A stretch of 64,000 bases of DNA from an uncultured delta proteobacterium. GTDB taxonomy: Bacteria > Desulfobacterota > Zymogenia > Zymogenales > Zymogenaceae. Where the stretch lies: the NCBI GenBank assembly GCA_963792965.1, contig CAWBYW010000035.1:51721-115720 (forward strand), read 5' to 3'. Of the stretch, positions 49,966-60,280 are shown one piece after another (positions within the stretch are counted from its first letter, which is position 1; each line of letters starts with the position of its first letter). The notes beneath the pieces are model-generated. The model worked only from the letters and a program-made list of their open reading frames with translations. It did not search any database and was not told the origin of the DNA. A program made the position numbers and the translations under genes.

Positions 49966-51252
49966 ATGAGACTTGGGAAAAGCTCAAGGGTCTTAAAGTT
50001 TACCTTCCGCGCGTTATCTCATAGAAATTACCGGCTCTTTTTCGGGGGCCAGGGCATCTCCCTGATCGGCACCTGGATGCAGCAGATCGCGCTGAACTGG
50101 CTCGTCTATCGTTTAACACACTCGGCCTTCCTGCTGGGCGTGGTCGGCTTCACGGGAAGGATCCCGACCTTCCTGCTGGCCTCGGTCGCCGGGGTATTGG
50201 TCGATCGATGGAACCGGCACCGGATATTGGTTGTCACCCAAACGCTTTCGTTGATACAGGCGTTGATCCTGGCATACCTCGTTTTAGCGGGTACCATCCA
50301 GGTTTGGGAGATCCTCTGCCTGAGCTTCATGCTCGGTTTGATCAACGGCTTCGACGTCCCGGCCCGCCAATCGTTTGTGGTGGATATGATCGGACGAAGG
50401 GAGGATCTCGGAAATGCCATCGCCCTCAATTCCTCGATGGTCAACGGCGCGCGATTGATAGGCCCGTCGCTGGCCGGAATGCTGGTGGCGGCCGTGGGCG
50501 AAGGCATCTGTTTTCTTATCAACGCCCTCAGCTTCCTGGCGGTCATCGCGTCCCTGCTGGCCATGAAGATCCACAAGAAAAAACCCGGGCTGCCGCACGC
50601 ACCCTTCATTGAAGGACTCAAAGAAGGATTCTCGTATGCCTTCGGCTTTGCTCCCATCCGGTCGTTGCTGATGCTTTTGGCGCTGGTCAGCCTGATGGGA
50701 ATGCCCTACATGGTGCTCATGCCCGTTTTCGCCAGAGACATCCTGCACGGAGGCCCAAATACCTTTGGTTTCCTGATGGGGGCCACCGGCATCGGCGCCC
50801 TGGCGGGCGCGCTTTTTCTTGCGTCCCGAAAGAGCGTCCTCGGTTTGGGGAGAATCATCGTGATCGCTTCGCTCATCTTTGGAGTTGGGCTAATTAGTTT
50901 CTCCCTGTCAACCCTTTTTATCCCCTCGCTGATCCTCATGGTCGTGGTTGGTTTTGGGATGATGGTCCAGATGGCCTCGACCAACACGGTCCTGCAGACC
51001 ATCGTCGAGGAGGACAAACGGGGTAGGGTCATGAGCCTGTATACCATGGCCTTCATGGGGATGGTCCCGTTCGGCAGTCTTCTGTCCGGCACGCTTGCCG
51101 ACACGATAGGGGTCCCCCAGACGGTCACGTTCGGGGGAGTGTGCTGCATCGTGGGCTCGCTTCTTTTTGCCCGAAAGCTCCCTGAGATGAGGAAAATGAT
51201 CCATCCCATCTACATCAAAAAGGGCATCATTCCCGGAGACATGCCGGAATAG
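49966..51252 (+). CDS. MFS transporter (MFS_3/EntS-like)
   Basis: FRALSHRNYRLFFGGQGISLIGTWMQ, GVLVDRWNR, DVPARQS, AIALNS, RGRVMS. Confidence 0.9.
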   Translation: MRLGKSSRVLKFTFRALSHRNYRLFFGGQGISLIGTWMQQIALNWLVYRLTHSAFLLGVVGFTGRIPTFLLASVAGVLVDRWNRHRILVVTQTLSLIQALILAYLVLAGTIQVWEILCLSFMLGLINGFDVPARQSFVVDMIGRREDLGNAIALNSSMVNGARLIGPSLAGMLVAAVGEGICFLINALSFLAVIASLLAMKIHKKKPGLPHAPFIEGLKEGFSYAFGFAPIRSLLMLLALVSLMGMPYMVLMPVFARDILHGGPNTFGFLMGATGIGALAGALFLASRKSVLGLGRIIVIASLIFGVGLISFSLSTLFIPSLILMVVVGFGMMVQMASTNTVLQTIVEEDKRGRVMSLYTMAFMGMVPFGSLLSGTLADTIGVPQTVTFGGVCCIVGSLLFARKLPEMRKMIHPIYIKKGIIPGDMPE

Positions 51253-51393
51253 TCACGACCGCCAAGCCGACCCTCTCTTTTCCCTCCCGGCGGCAGAAAA
51301 AAGACAGAAGAGAATTAATTGTCATTTGTGTTGAAATCTCAGAAAAGTGTGATAGCATTTTATACATACAGCGTCTTTAAGGAGGTTTGAACC

Positions 51394-51720
51394 ATGAAGA
51401 GACTATCTTTTATCGTTACCGTATGTTCTTTGTTGATCGTCCTTTTTGCCGCAGGCGCGGCAATGGCGGCCGTACAGCAGGGGGTGCTGGTGAAAGCAAA
51501 CGGTCTGCCGCTCACGGGATTTTCGAACGTATGGATTGTCGACGGCGTCGCGCAGCCGATCTATAATCCCACGACCGACCTGTGGTATCCCGTCTTCATC
51601 CTCGGCCCGGGCCCAAACGGCGCTATCCTCTGCACGGTTGGAATCCCCCGGGGCGTGATTGGTGATAGGTACTGGAACCCGGACCCGAAAGCGCATTTTG
51701 ACAGGGAAAACATCGACTAA
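51394..51720 (+). CDS. Small exported hypothetical protein, copy 1
   Basis: AAGGAGG RBS, signal peptide ending AMA; near-identical to copy 2. Confidence 0.7.
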   Translation: MKRLSFIVTVCSLLIVLFAAGAAMAAVQQGVLVKANGLPLTGFSNVWIVDGVAQPIYNPTTDLWYPVFILGPGPNGAILCTVGIPRGVIGDRYWNPDPKAHFDRENID

Positions 51721-51802
51721 GCACTTCAATAATGAGTCGGTTCGTCGCTGAAATGTGGCCGTTCTAAGCGCTGGTGTTATCGTTTCGAAAGCAGCATCGC
51801 AC

Positions 51803-51835
51803 AGAGAGGGCCGGGAAACCGGCCCTCTCTTTTTT
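51803..51835 (+). terminator. Intrinsic terminator (duplicated at 52348-52376)
   Basis: agagagggccgg-gaaa-ccggccctctct followed by a T-run. Confidence 0.85.
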
Positions 51836-51948
51836 CTCTCGCCGGCGACGAAAAGCGGCATGCAGACATTTAATTCCCATTTGTGTTGAAATTACCAAAA
51901 AGTGTGGTAATATTTAAAATATACAATGAATTTGGAGAGGTTTAGATC

Positions 51949-52275
51949 ATGAAAAGGCTATCTCTTGTACTTGCCGTATGTTCTTTGTTGATCGTCCTTT
52001 TTGCCGCGGGCGCGGCAATGGCGGCCGTCCAGCAGGGCGTGCTGGTCAAAGCAAACGGTCTGCCGCTCACGGGATTTTCGAACGTCTGGATCGTCGACGG
52101 CGTCGCCCAGCCGATCTATAATCCCACGACCGACCTGTGGTATCCCGTCTTCATCCTCGGACCGGGCGCAAACGGCGCTATTCTCTGCACCGTTGGAACC
52201 CCCCGGGGCGTCATTGGCGACAGGTACTGGAACGCGGAATCAATGAAGCATACTGACATAGAGAAGCCGAGATAA
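51949..52275 (+). CDS. Small exported hypothetical protein, copy 2
   Basis: GGAGAGG RBS; differs from copy 1 mainly in the last about 12 aa. Confidence 0.7.
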   Translation: MKRLSLVLAVCSLLIVLFAAGAAMAAVQQGVLVKANGLPLTGFSNVWIVDGVAQPIYNPTTDLWYPVFILGPGANGAILCTVGTPRGVIGDRYWNAESMKHTDIEKPR

Positions 52276-52385
52276 ACCGGTTTGTGGTTGACAAGCAGCC
52301 GCTGTCGACTGCCGATGTCATCGTCTCGAAAATCTTATCCTACCAACAGGGCCGGGAAACCGGCCCTCTCTTTTTTCGGCTTTCA

Positions 52386-52859
52386 TCACAATTGGGTGTT
52401 CGACTCTGGTGCCGTGCCGGGGAACTTCAGCACCGCCATCGTGAACGTCCCTTTTGCGACAAGCGTCTCGCTTCCGTTCTCACCGATGAGGTACACTTCC
52501 GACTCTACGACGGAAAACCTGCTGCCCGGTTTCAACACCTCGGACCTGCACCTGAGTCTCTTGCCCTTCGCGGCGCGAAGCAGATTCATCTTAAACTCAA
52601 GGGTCAGGACGAACTCGTCCTTGGCGACGAGCGTCGTGGCGGCGCCGCCGGCGGTATGGTCGGCCATCGTGGATATCACACCGGCGTGGATGTAGCCCCC
52701 TTGCTGAAGATGGTGCGTCTCGATCATGACCTCGGATTCACACCAGCCCTCCCCTACGTCCAATAGCTTTATTCCGACATACTTCAAGAATGGGACTTCC
52801 TTGAAGCCCCAGTCAAGCATATCGCGGAAGTTCGGATTCTTCGTCTTAAATGTTTCCAT
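52386..52859 (-). CDS. PaaI family hotdog thioesterase
   Basis: HLQQGGYIHAGVISTMADHTAGGA, TLEFKMNLLRAA. Confidence 0.88.
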   Translation of the reverse strand: METFKTKNPNFRDMLDWGFKEVPFLKYVGIKLLDVGEGWCESEVMIETHHLQQGGYIHAGVISTMADHTAGGAATTLVAKDEFVLTLEFKMNLLRAAKGKRLRCRSEVLKPGSRFSVVESEVYLIGENGSETLVAKGTFTMAVLKFPGTAPESNTQL

Positions 52860-52967
52860 AGTAACGGTCCACCACAATCTGTCGTAATTCAGACTACCCT
52901 TCGTGAGACCAAGGCATTGCGCTGACATACATATTCCGCGCAACTGTGTTCATACCGAACCCGTCCG

Positions 52968-54359
52968 TTATCTTCCCTGCTTCGTGGCGATCTCTTTCTT
53001 TATTTCCTCAAACCTCTCCGCCGTCAGCTCATACTTCATAAATGGGATGAAGCTGATCAGGACCACGAGGGCCGGAAAGAGGCAGAATATAAGCCGGATG
53101 CCAGCCTCCACGTGCTCTCCCTGGACGCCGTTGGCGACGAAGCCGGACAGGGCCAGCGCAAACCCCACGATCGCCGGGCTCACGGAATAGGCGATCTTCT
53201 GGCCTGCCGACCACATGCCGCAGAAAACCCCCTCCCTTCTCAGCCCGCACTGAAGCTCGTCATACTCAATGGTATCGGGCAGCATGGAGAAGGGGAAAAG
53301 CTGGAAGCTCGAAAAGCCGATGCCCGCCAGGAAGATCTGAATGTAAAACAGGGTCATCTGTGACGCATTCGTGAAGAAAAGGGACGCGATCACGACGCAG
53401 AAAATCGTTAGCCCTATCATGTACGCCTTGATTTTCCCAATACGCTTGCCTACCTGTAACCAGACGGGGATAAAGAGAATAGCCGTTACCAGAAAGAGCG
53501 GAAAGACCGTCTGCATGGCGGTGTCGGGAAGCTTCATGGCGTATTTTACATAGTAGATGAACCCCGCCATCATGACGCCGATGGCCAGCGCCTGGAAGAA
53601 GTAGCTCCCCATCAGCATGAGGAAGGGGAAGTTTCTAAACGCGATCCTCACTTGTTCACGGATCGGAGGAGTTACCTCGCGCACGGGCAGCGTCTTGGCG
53701 TTCCTCGTCCCCCAAAAACAGGCAAGGCACACCACCACCATCACGAGGCCGAAGATCGCGCCCATGAACCGATATCCCACCTCTCCATCCCCGCCCATTT
53801 TCACCAACGGCATGGCCAGGCCGCCGGCCAGCAGGGCTCCGACCGAGGCAAAGATCATGCGAAACGAGGTCAGAGACATCCGCTCATTATAGTCGTCGGT
53901 CATCTCCGCCACCATGCTCGAATACGGTACGTTGATCACGGCAAAGACGGTACACCCGACGACGAAGAAGAGCGACAGGTGGACCGCTCGCGCAACCTCT
54001 GACTGATAGTGCGGCGCGACAAAAAGGAGGAAAAACGTCAGACCGAAAGGAACGGCGCCGAAAAGGAGATACGGCCGCCGACGCCCGAACCTCGATTGGG
54101 TTCGATCCGAAAGCGTCCCCACGATGGGATCAAGGATGACATCCCAGAACTTGGGGATAAAGAGCACGGTTCCCGCCAGCGCCGGGTTGACGCCGACGAC
54201 ATTGGTGAGAAAATAGAGCAGATACATCCCGGTGGTGACAATAAAGAAATTGCTGGCGATATCCCCGATCCCATAGCTCAGCTTGATTCCGAAAGAAAGC
54301 TTTTCCTCCGTTGTTGTCCCGGGCGTCTTATCAGAGATCCTTTTTCCCTTGACCGGCAT
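52968..54359 (-). CDS. Glycoside-pentoside-hexuronide (MelB/GPH) cation symporter
   Basis: KLSYGIGD, WDVILDPIVGTLSDRTQSRFGRRRPY, ERMSLTSFR, LPDTIEY...RREG. Confidence 0.9.
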   Translation of the reverse strand: MPVKGKRISDKTPGTTTEEKLSFGIKLSYGIGDIASNFFIVTTGMYLLYFLTNVVGVNPALAGTVLFIPKFWDVILDPIVGTLSDRTQSRFGRRRPYLLFGAVPFGLTFFLLFVAPHYQSEVARAVHLSLFFVVGCTVFAVINVPYSSMVAEMTDDYNERMSLTSFRMIFASVGALLAGGLAMPLVKMGGDGEVGYRFMGAIFGLVMVVVCLACFWGTRNAKTLPVREVTPPIREQVRIAFRNFPFLMLMGSYFFQALAIGVMMAGFIYYVKYAMKLPDTAMQTVFPLFLVTAILFIPVWLQVGKRIGKIKAYMIGLTIFCVVIASLFFTNASQMTLFYIQIFLAGIGFSSFQLFPFSMLPDTIEYDELQCGLRREGVFCGMWSAGQKIAYSVSPAIVGFALALSGFVANGVQGEHVEAGIRLIFCLFPALVVLISFIPFMKYELTAERFEEIKKEIATKQGR

Positions 54360-54977
54360 AGCTATAAACCTCCGTTGGTAACTTGCACCGTATCGGGCCC
54401 GACCGAGCGACGGGGAGACTTGATTAACTACAAGGCGAATTCAGGATGTCCACCGCGCCGGTAACACCTGAACGGCGGTCGGGCCGGGTCGGTCGCTTTC
54501 GCACGCATCATGGTACCCGCTTGAATCGACGAAATCAACTAATTATTAGACCCTTTGTTACAGTCGATCCACAGGATACGGTCGCACCAAAATAAAAGAA
54601 GACTCACACCTCCGGCGTGAGTCATTGATTATGATAGTGATAGGGGCCGACCTAAATCAGGAAAACGAAATGACGTTATATTACCTCCCCAGCCCTTAGA
54701 ATTTTCGGTTAACTCGAGGAAATGATCATAGTGTGGTCGAAGGTTCTGTTTCATTCCTCAATAGAAGCGTTAGAGGTAGGGTTTTGCACTATATCGTTTT
54801 CTGATTCTTTGTGGCGATAGGCTGGTTCGTGACGGCGAACCGTTTTGAAGAGATAATAGGGGGGGCGGTTTATAGCCGCCCCCCTCGTCATGTGTCATGT
54901 CGATAGACGAGCACGTAGCATCGCACGCCTGCTGCAATTGGCCCGTATCTGCTAATGAAGTCGCCTGCTTGGCTCTC

Positions 54978-55382
54978 TCAATAGGTCAATCCCCACACTT
55001 CAATTGTCGCCGGGACTAAAGTTCCCGGGCGTGTCTTATAGTAGAAGGTAATATTATTAATGTACCGCGGTGGATTCGGTAAGTCGATGACCCGGGTACT
55101 GCCGCCCGCGGGGATAAACGCACGGACCGGCACGTCCATCAACTGCCCATCTCCGAATTGGATCTGCAGGCTTTCGAAGTTTACCCCCCTATCTCTCACC
55201 TGAATCCGTATCGCGTTGAACTTGCCCTGACTAGCAGTCACTACGATACTGTCCCTTTCCGAGACCAACGCGACCGTTCTACTGCCGAGGAGAACCCAGT
55301 TTTCCGCGCACGCATAAAGCACGATGAGGAAGACCAAGAAACAGGTCATCGCTACTATTAGGAATGCCATTCTTCTTCTCAT
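54978..55382 (-). CDS. Small exported protein (DUF2541/YaaI-like)
   Basis: Signal peptide, WVLLGSRTV...RDSI...GGSTRVIDLP...IEVWG; AAGGAG RBS. Confidence 0.6.
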   Translation of the reverse strand: MRRRMAFLIVAMTCFLVFLIVLYACAENWVLLGSRTVALVSERDSIVVTASQGKFNAIRIQVRDRGVNFESLQIQFGDGQLMDVPVRAFIPAGGSTRVIDLPNPPRYINNITFYYKTRPGTLVPATIEVWGLTY

Positions 55383-55509
55383 CTGGTGGCTCCTTAATTA
55401 TGTTGATCTGTGATACTTTTCGTCTTACCAACAACGGAAGAAAATTGTTATTCGAAAGGTGCCTTACTGTTGACCTATTATTAAATGGTTAACCAAGGGA
55501 GTCTTAAGT

Positions 55510-55541
55510 AAGGGGATCCCGGAGTATTCCGGGATCCCCTT
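55510..55541. terminator. Intrinsic terminator hairpin
   Basis: aaggggatcccgga-gtat-tccgggatcccctt. Confidence 0.65.
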
Positions 55542-55586
55542 GTCAAAGAGAAAGGTAGAGGGAAACGACGCTAATTCAATTATGCT

Positions 55587-55961
55587 TTACTTGCTCGTCT
55601 TTGTTACGACCTTGAAGGCTCCGCTATGGGTACCGGCCTTGAAGGGGTAATTCCCGATCTTGTTGGCGTTGAACTTGAACGTCTCGGTCTTTCCCTTGTC
55701 GATCGTCGCGTTGATCTTGAATTGGTCGAGTTTGAAAGTGACTTTCGAATCGACCGCCGTCACATTAAGGGTGACATTCTGCTGGGCATACACGGTGATG
55801 TCGCTGGGGTCTACGGATGCCGTCGATGCTTTAATCGCAACGGTTACATCCTTGGCCGCCGGATCGGGGGCCACGAAGGGAGCGGATGCGGCGGCAAACA
55901 ACGCGGCTGCACCCAGGACTAACGCGAGAATCGCAAACACGGTAATTAACCTGACTTTCAT
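55587..55961 (-). CDS. Exported cupredoxin-fold protein lacking canonical copper ligands
   Basis: Signal peptide, PSDITV...VTLNVTAVD...TFKFNANKIGNYPF; no Cys or internal Met. Confidence 0.55.
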   Translation of the reverse strand: MKVRLITVFAILALVLGAAALFAAASAPFVAPDPAAKDVTVAIKASTASVDPSDITVYAQQNVTLNVTAVDSKVTFKLDQFKINATIDKGKTETFKFNANKIGNYPFKAGTHSGAFKVVTKTSK

Positions 55962-56337
55962 ACTTCACTCCTTTTTAGTTGAAACAGAAACTACAACTGT
56001 AAGAAACTTCATAGTGTCCGATTGTATGCTATGTTCCTTATCGGACTATTGCCGGAAAATTACTTTTTTGTAATGTTTAATAACTATTTATCATCGTTGG
56101 ATTGCGTGTAACCCCGGCCGTAGAGGAGCTGTACCTATGGACTAACGTGAATACAGGCATTGTTAATGGGGGGTAGGTCACGACAAAAAAAGGACTTATG
56201 CCTCTGCATAAGTCCTTGGACCTATTTATTGTGGTGAGCTACCGCAAACGATGAGGCTCAGCCTAATCTTCAGTCGAGCTAACCCCCCGTTATGTAAATC
56301 GCCGGACTCGGACTTTCAACCACAAAATGCTCCATTT

Positions 56338-56961
56338 CTAAGCAGGTCTATATAAGAGAAATCTGCACATATCGTCCCCATGCGCGATACAGTGTGTTTC
56401 CTCTATTCTTACCTCCTTGCCAAATATCCATTTTGCAAGTCCGGATTCGAATCCCACCTCGGCGTGACAGATGTTTCTGCTGGCCTTCAATCCATAACAC
56501 CAATAACAGGGGGATATCTCTGAAGCAAGTCCTTCATCGGTCTCATAGCGATTATAGATATCTGCTCCAAAAATCCCTTTTGCCGCTTCAACGACGATTC
56601 CGGAGATCCGTATATATTCTTCAAACATCTTATCCGCTGTTCTTTCTTGAGGCTTTACACCTTCCAAGTTAAATAGAGTCGGGAACTCCTTCAACATTAT
56701 CTCAAAAGACCTCCTACCGGCCTGTAGCATAACTATTTTTGCACCGTTTTCCCCCAGCACGTTTATCATTCCCGTCAAGAAATCTGTAAAATCTTTCGTG
56801 TCGAGTTCTACGGTGAGATTATTAGGAGGATAGTTCCCGATATATTTCTTTAGCTTAGCGTAATTCAATATAGAATTGAGCCCGTTCAATCCCATAATGT
56901 CTTCGACGGTAACGAACCCTAAATAGAGAAGCTGATTAGGAAGCTTATCCTTGATTGACAT
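56338..56961 (-). CDS. Stand-alone V4R domain protein, paralog 3 (AT-rich)
   Basis: PCYWC...ICHAEVG...EETHCIAHGDDMCRF; N-terminus KLPNQLL shared with paralog 2. Confidence 0.82.
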   Translation of the reverse strand: MSIKDKLPNQLLYLGFVTVEDIMGLNGLNSILNYAKLKKYIGNYPPNNLTVELDTKDFTDFLTGMINVLGENGAKIVMLQAGRRSFEIMLKEFPTLFNLEGVKPQERTADKMFEEYIRISGIVVEAAKGIFGADIYNRYETDEGLASEISPCYWCYGLKASRNICHAEVGFESGLAKWIFGKEVRIEETHCIAHGDDMCRFLLYRPA

Positions 56962-57479
56962 AAATGCCTCGCTGGTAAATTATTGTAACAGACATACACC
57001 TTCAGTTATTCCGAAACGAGCGCCAACTGACAGAACGGAGCCCTGAAAGTCCTCCCGGATACCCCCGTATCCATGAAATAACCCCTTCTAAAAAAGGCCC
57101 GAAGGCCGGACCCCACGGTTCTCATGAGCGTTCCGAATTCATCGATGTCGTTATACTCGACGCCAACCTCCCGAGATCTCCGCCGAAATCTAATGTCCTC
57201 GGGGATCTGACTCCTTATTATCAACGAAATTCACCGAGTTTACGGCCGAACCGCCGTTGATGGGCAGGAATAGAGTCAATGTTTGATTATTGGTATAAAT
57301 AATATCATTTATATATGCGCCAAGAGAGAATAGAGTTATTATTAAACTATATTCTATTTTATTATCCAGTCAATAGCCTTGTCTTTCATATGTTCAAACT
57401 ATTAACCGATTCCCGAAAAAAATCTGATGAAGAAAAGAAAGAGGCGTAGGCCCGAGTGTTGACCTCTCCCCGAAAACGA

Positions 57480-57755
57480 GTCCAGGTTAAAAGTTCGAAC
57501 GAGAGGTAAAATCGATTCAGAAACGAGGGCAAGGTCAGGTACGAGGTGTTCATTGGTGAGAATTCAATACGCTGATAAGAGCTAAGGTCTTGACAGGAAA
57601 GTGGCGACAGGAGTATAACACCATGAGTCCGCACAGTTCTGTCGATCGCCGTGCCGCGGCTCACGAAACCGTGCTTTCTCTTGCCCTCGGAAGGCGGACA
57701 CGAAACATTCGCCCGTGGGCTAACGTAAGTACCGCAACCGTCCTCGGAGGCATAC
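57480..57755 (+). mobile_element. Degraded IS3-family transposase 3' remnant
   Basis: GKVRYEVFIGE then NTLIRAKVLTGKWRQEYNTMSPHSS resemble the IS3 OrfB C-terminus (GKLRDELLNGE...WRxEYNxxRPHSSL); frameshifted and truncated. Confidence 0.65.
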
Positions 57756-57786
57756 CATTCTCTCCGCATTTATTGCCTGAAAAACG

Positions 57787-58473
57787 ATGAAACTGTCAGT
57801 TATTATTCCCGTATACAATGAGATCCGCACGATAAGAGAGATTATCAAACGTGTTGAATCGGTTAAACTCGACAAGGAAATCATCATCGTTGACGACTTC
57901 TCTACTGACGGTACCCGCGAGATATTGGGTACTATGACTAAGGGCTACGTTAATATGACTGTTCTTTTTCATGATCGGAACCGCGGCAAAGGAGCCGCCC
58001 TGAGGACGGGTTTTAAACATGTGACGGGCCAAATAGTAGTGATTCAGGATTCGGATCTTGAATATAATCCTCAAGAGTATCTCACGCTCATTGAACCAAT
58101 CCTTGGCGGAAACGCAGATGTTGTATATGGTTCCAGGTTCCTCAGCGCATCCCACGAAGTCTTCTACTTTTGGCAGCACGTCGCTAATAAATTCCTTACG
58201 CTCCTTTCAAACGTGATGACCAATATCAAGCTTAGTGATATGGAAACCTGCTATAAGGTCTTTCGGCGAGAACTACTCGATCACATGACGCTGAAATCAA
58301 ACCGGTTCGGGTTTGAGCCGGAATTTACCGCGAAAGTTGCCAGATCTAAGTTTCGTATTTGCGAAGTCCCTGTCAGCTATAACGGCCGCACCTATGCCGA
58401 AGGAAAAAAGATCAACTGGAGAGACGGCGTCCTCGCCGTTTTCACGATTATCTGGTTTCATTTTTTTGATTGA
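57787..58473 (+). CDS. Glycosyltransferase family 2 (DPM1/GtrB-like polyprenol-phosphate sugar synthase)
   Basis: LSVIIPVYNE, IVDDFSTDGT, GKGAALRTG, QDSDLEY, VYGSRF, DMETCYK, FGFEPE. Confidence 0.9.
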   Translation: MKLSVIIPVYNEIRTIREIIKRVESVKLDKEIIIVDDFSTDGTREILGTMTKGYVNMTVLFHDRNRGKGAALRTGFKHVTGQIVVIQDSDLEYNPQEYLTLIEPILGGNADVVYGSRFLSASHEVFYFWQHVANKFLTLLSNVMTNIKLSDMETCYKVFRRELLDHMTLKSNRFGFEPEFTAKVARSKFRICEVPVSYNGRTYAEGKKINWRDGVLAVFTIIWFHFFD

Positions 58474-58547
58474 TGGCAAGAGAGCATCCACTGTTTACAC
58501 GTTCCATGGCAACCAGGAGAATAGCTCGAAAATAAGGATTACGACAA

Positions 58548-60035
58548 ATGCACAATAGATTGCACAAAAGCGACGCGCAGGCACACGCCTCACCGCTCGG
58601 AATAGGGGAATCCAATAATTGCGGAAAACGGGTCTTACCGGAAAGGGCCTTTCTCCTGTTGGCAATCCTTTTAGGGGTCGTCTTTATCTTCGTGACCCCT
58701 CCTTTTGAAGTGCCGGACGAGGGAGCTCATTTCTATCGTTCGTATCAAGTGTCCGTAGGCAGACTCCTTCCCCAGGAGAACGGAGAGGGGGGAGTATATA
58801 GAGGCGGCGGGATTTTGCCGGAATCAATAATTTATACATGTCACACCGCCACGGGAGGCGTCCCGTTCCATCCGGAAGTGAAGGTGGACATGGAAAAAAA
58901 CATCCTGCCGCTGTTCGATGTCCGGCTCGATCCCAAGAAGAAGGCCTTCATTGCTTTCCCTAACACAGCGTCGTATCCCTTCGTACCCTATATCCCTCAG
59001 GCCGTCGGCATTGCACTCGGGAGAATCATAGGGCTTTCGCCCCTATCGCTTATGTATCTCGGGCGTTTGACCAACTTGATCGTCTGGATTTTCCTGATAT
59101 ATCTGTCGATAAGGATCACGCCCATAGGGAAATGGGTGCTCTTCCTGGCGGCCCTCACCCCCATGTCTCTCTTCATGGGGGCGTCACTGTCCGGGGATGC
59201 GGCGACCAACGGCCTCACGTTCCTCTTTATCGCCCTCATGATGCGCTACGGACTGGACAAAGGCCCGGAACTCAGGCCTCGAGAAAAGGCAATGGTGTTC
59301 GCCCTCACGATCATGCTTGCCCTGTGCCGCACTCCTTATTTCCTCGTAGTGTTCCTGTTTTTCATCGTTCCCGTCGAAAAGTTCGAGTCTTCACGGAACT
59401 ACTGGACGTTTTGTGGCGCGTTGGTCGTATCGGCCCTTGTTATAAATGTAGGGTGGCTGGTGATGAACGGGGTGAGCATGACCAGCTATCTGTTGAAGGG
59501 AGATGTGTCGCCTCACGATCAGTTCCTCTTCATCGTTGGCAACCCGTTTCAATATATCGAGATCATGGCGCGAACGCTCTGGCAACACAGGCTCTCCTTT
59601 TTCATCAGTCACTTCGGCGTGCTCGGGTGGCTCGATACCCTATTGCCGCTTAACCTGCTGTATATGTATGCGGCGGTGTTGATGCTCACGGCACTTGTGG
59701 ATGGAAACGGCTCGATAGGCCTGACGCTCCTCCAGAGGGGGATAATCGGCGTGATTTTCCTCGCGTTCACGGCGGCCGTCTTCACCGCCATCTACCTCAC
59801 GTGGACACAGGTAAGGGCGCCGATCATCGAAGGCATTCAAGGAAGGTACTTCATCGCATTTTCCCCTCTCTTCTATCTATTATTCTATAACCGTCTGATC
59901 GCGCGGAGTTTTGGGGGCCGGGTCGGAGTCTGGCACGAATGGGCCGTAGGCGGTGTTACCGTCTGGCTTCCCCTTTTTGTGGCCGGCTCGTTGGGCATCG
60001 CGCTGCGGGTGATGGTGAGGAGGTACTATATATAA
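58548..60035 (+). CDS. DUF2142-like polytopic membrane protein (probable GT-C glycosyltransferase)
   Basis: TPPFEVPDEGAHFYR, YIPQAVG, GRLTN, GVLGWLD, GIQGRYF; about 10 TMs. Confidence 0.75.
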   Translation: MHNRLHKSDAQAHASPLGIGESNNCGKRVLPERAFLLLAILLGVVFIFVTPPFEVPDEGAHFYRSYQVSVGRLLPQENGEGGVYRGGGILPESIIYTCHTATGGVPFHPEVKVDMEKNILPLFDVRLDPKKKAFIAFPNTASYPFVPYIPQAVGIALGRIIGLSPLSLMYLGRLTNLIVWIFLIYLSIRITPIGKWVLFLAALTPMSLFMGASLSGDAATNGLTFLFIALMMRYGLDKGPELRPREKAMVFALTIMLALCRTPYFLVVFLFFIVPVEKFESSRNYWTFCGALVVSALVINVGWLVMNGVSMTSYLLKGDVSPHDQFLFIVGNPFQYIEIMARTLWQHRLSFFISHFGVLGWLDTLLPLNLLYMYAAVLMLTALVDGNGSIGLTLLQRGIIGVIFLAFTAAVFTAIYLTWTQVRAPIIEGIQGRYFIAFSPLFYLLFYNRLIARSFGGRVGVWHEWAVGGVTVWLPLFVAGSLGIALRVMVRRYYI

Positions 60036-60280
60036 GTATGGCCTTTCAGGCTACGAGGGCTTGATGACCCTCCCGGCTTCCCTTACACGTCGCCAGCGGA
60101 AAAAGGACTTACGCAGACACGTATGTCCTTGACCTTTCTGGTAACGAGGATAGGACCAAATTGTAAATGAGAAACCCTTGGTGAAGTTACGCCGCATGCC
60201 GGAAAATAGAAGAATTTCATTGACAGAAAAAGGAGGTCGTTATATATTAAAACATTCTAATCTATGGCGTGGAGGTAAGA

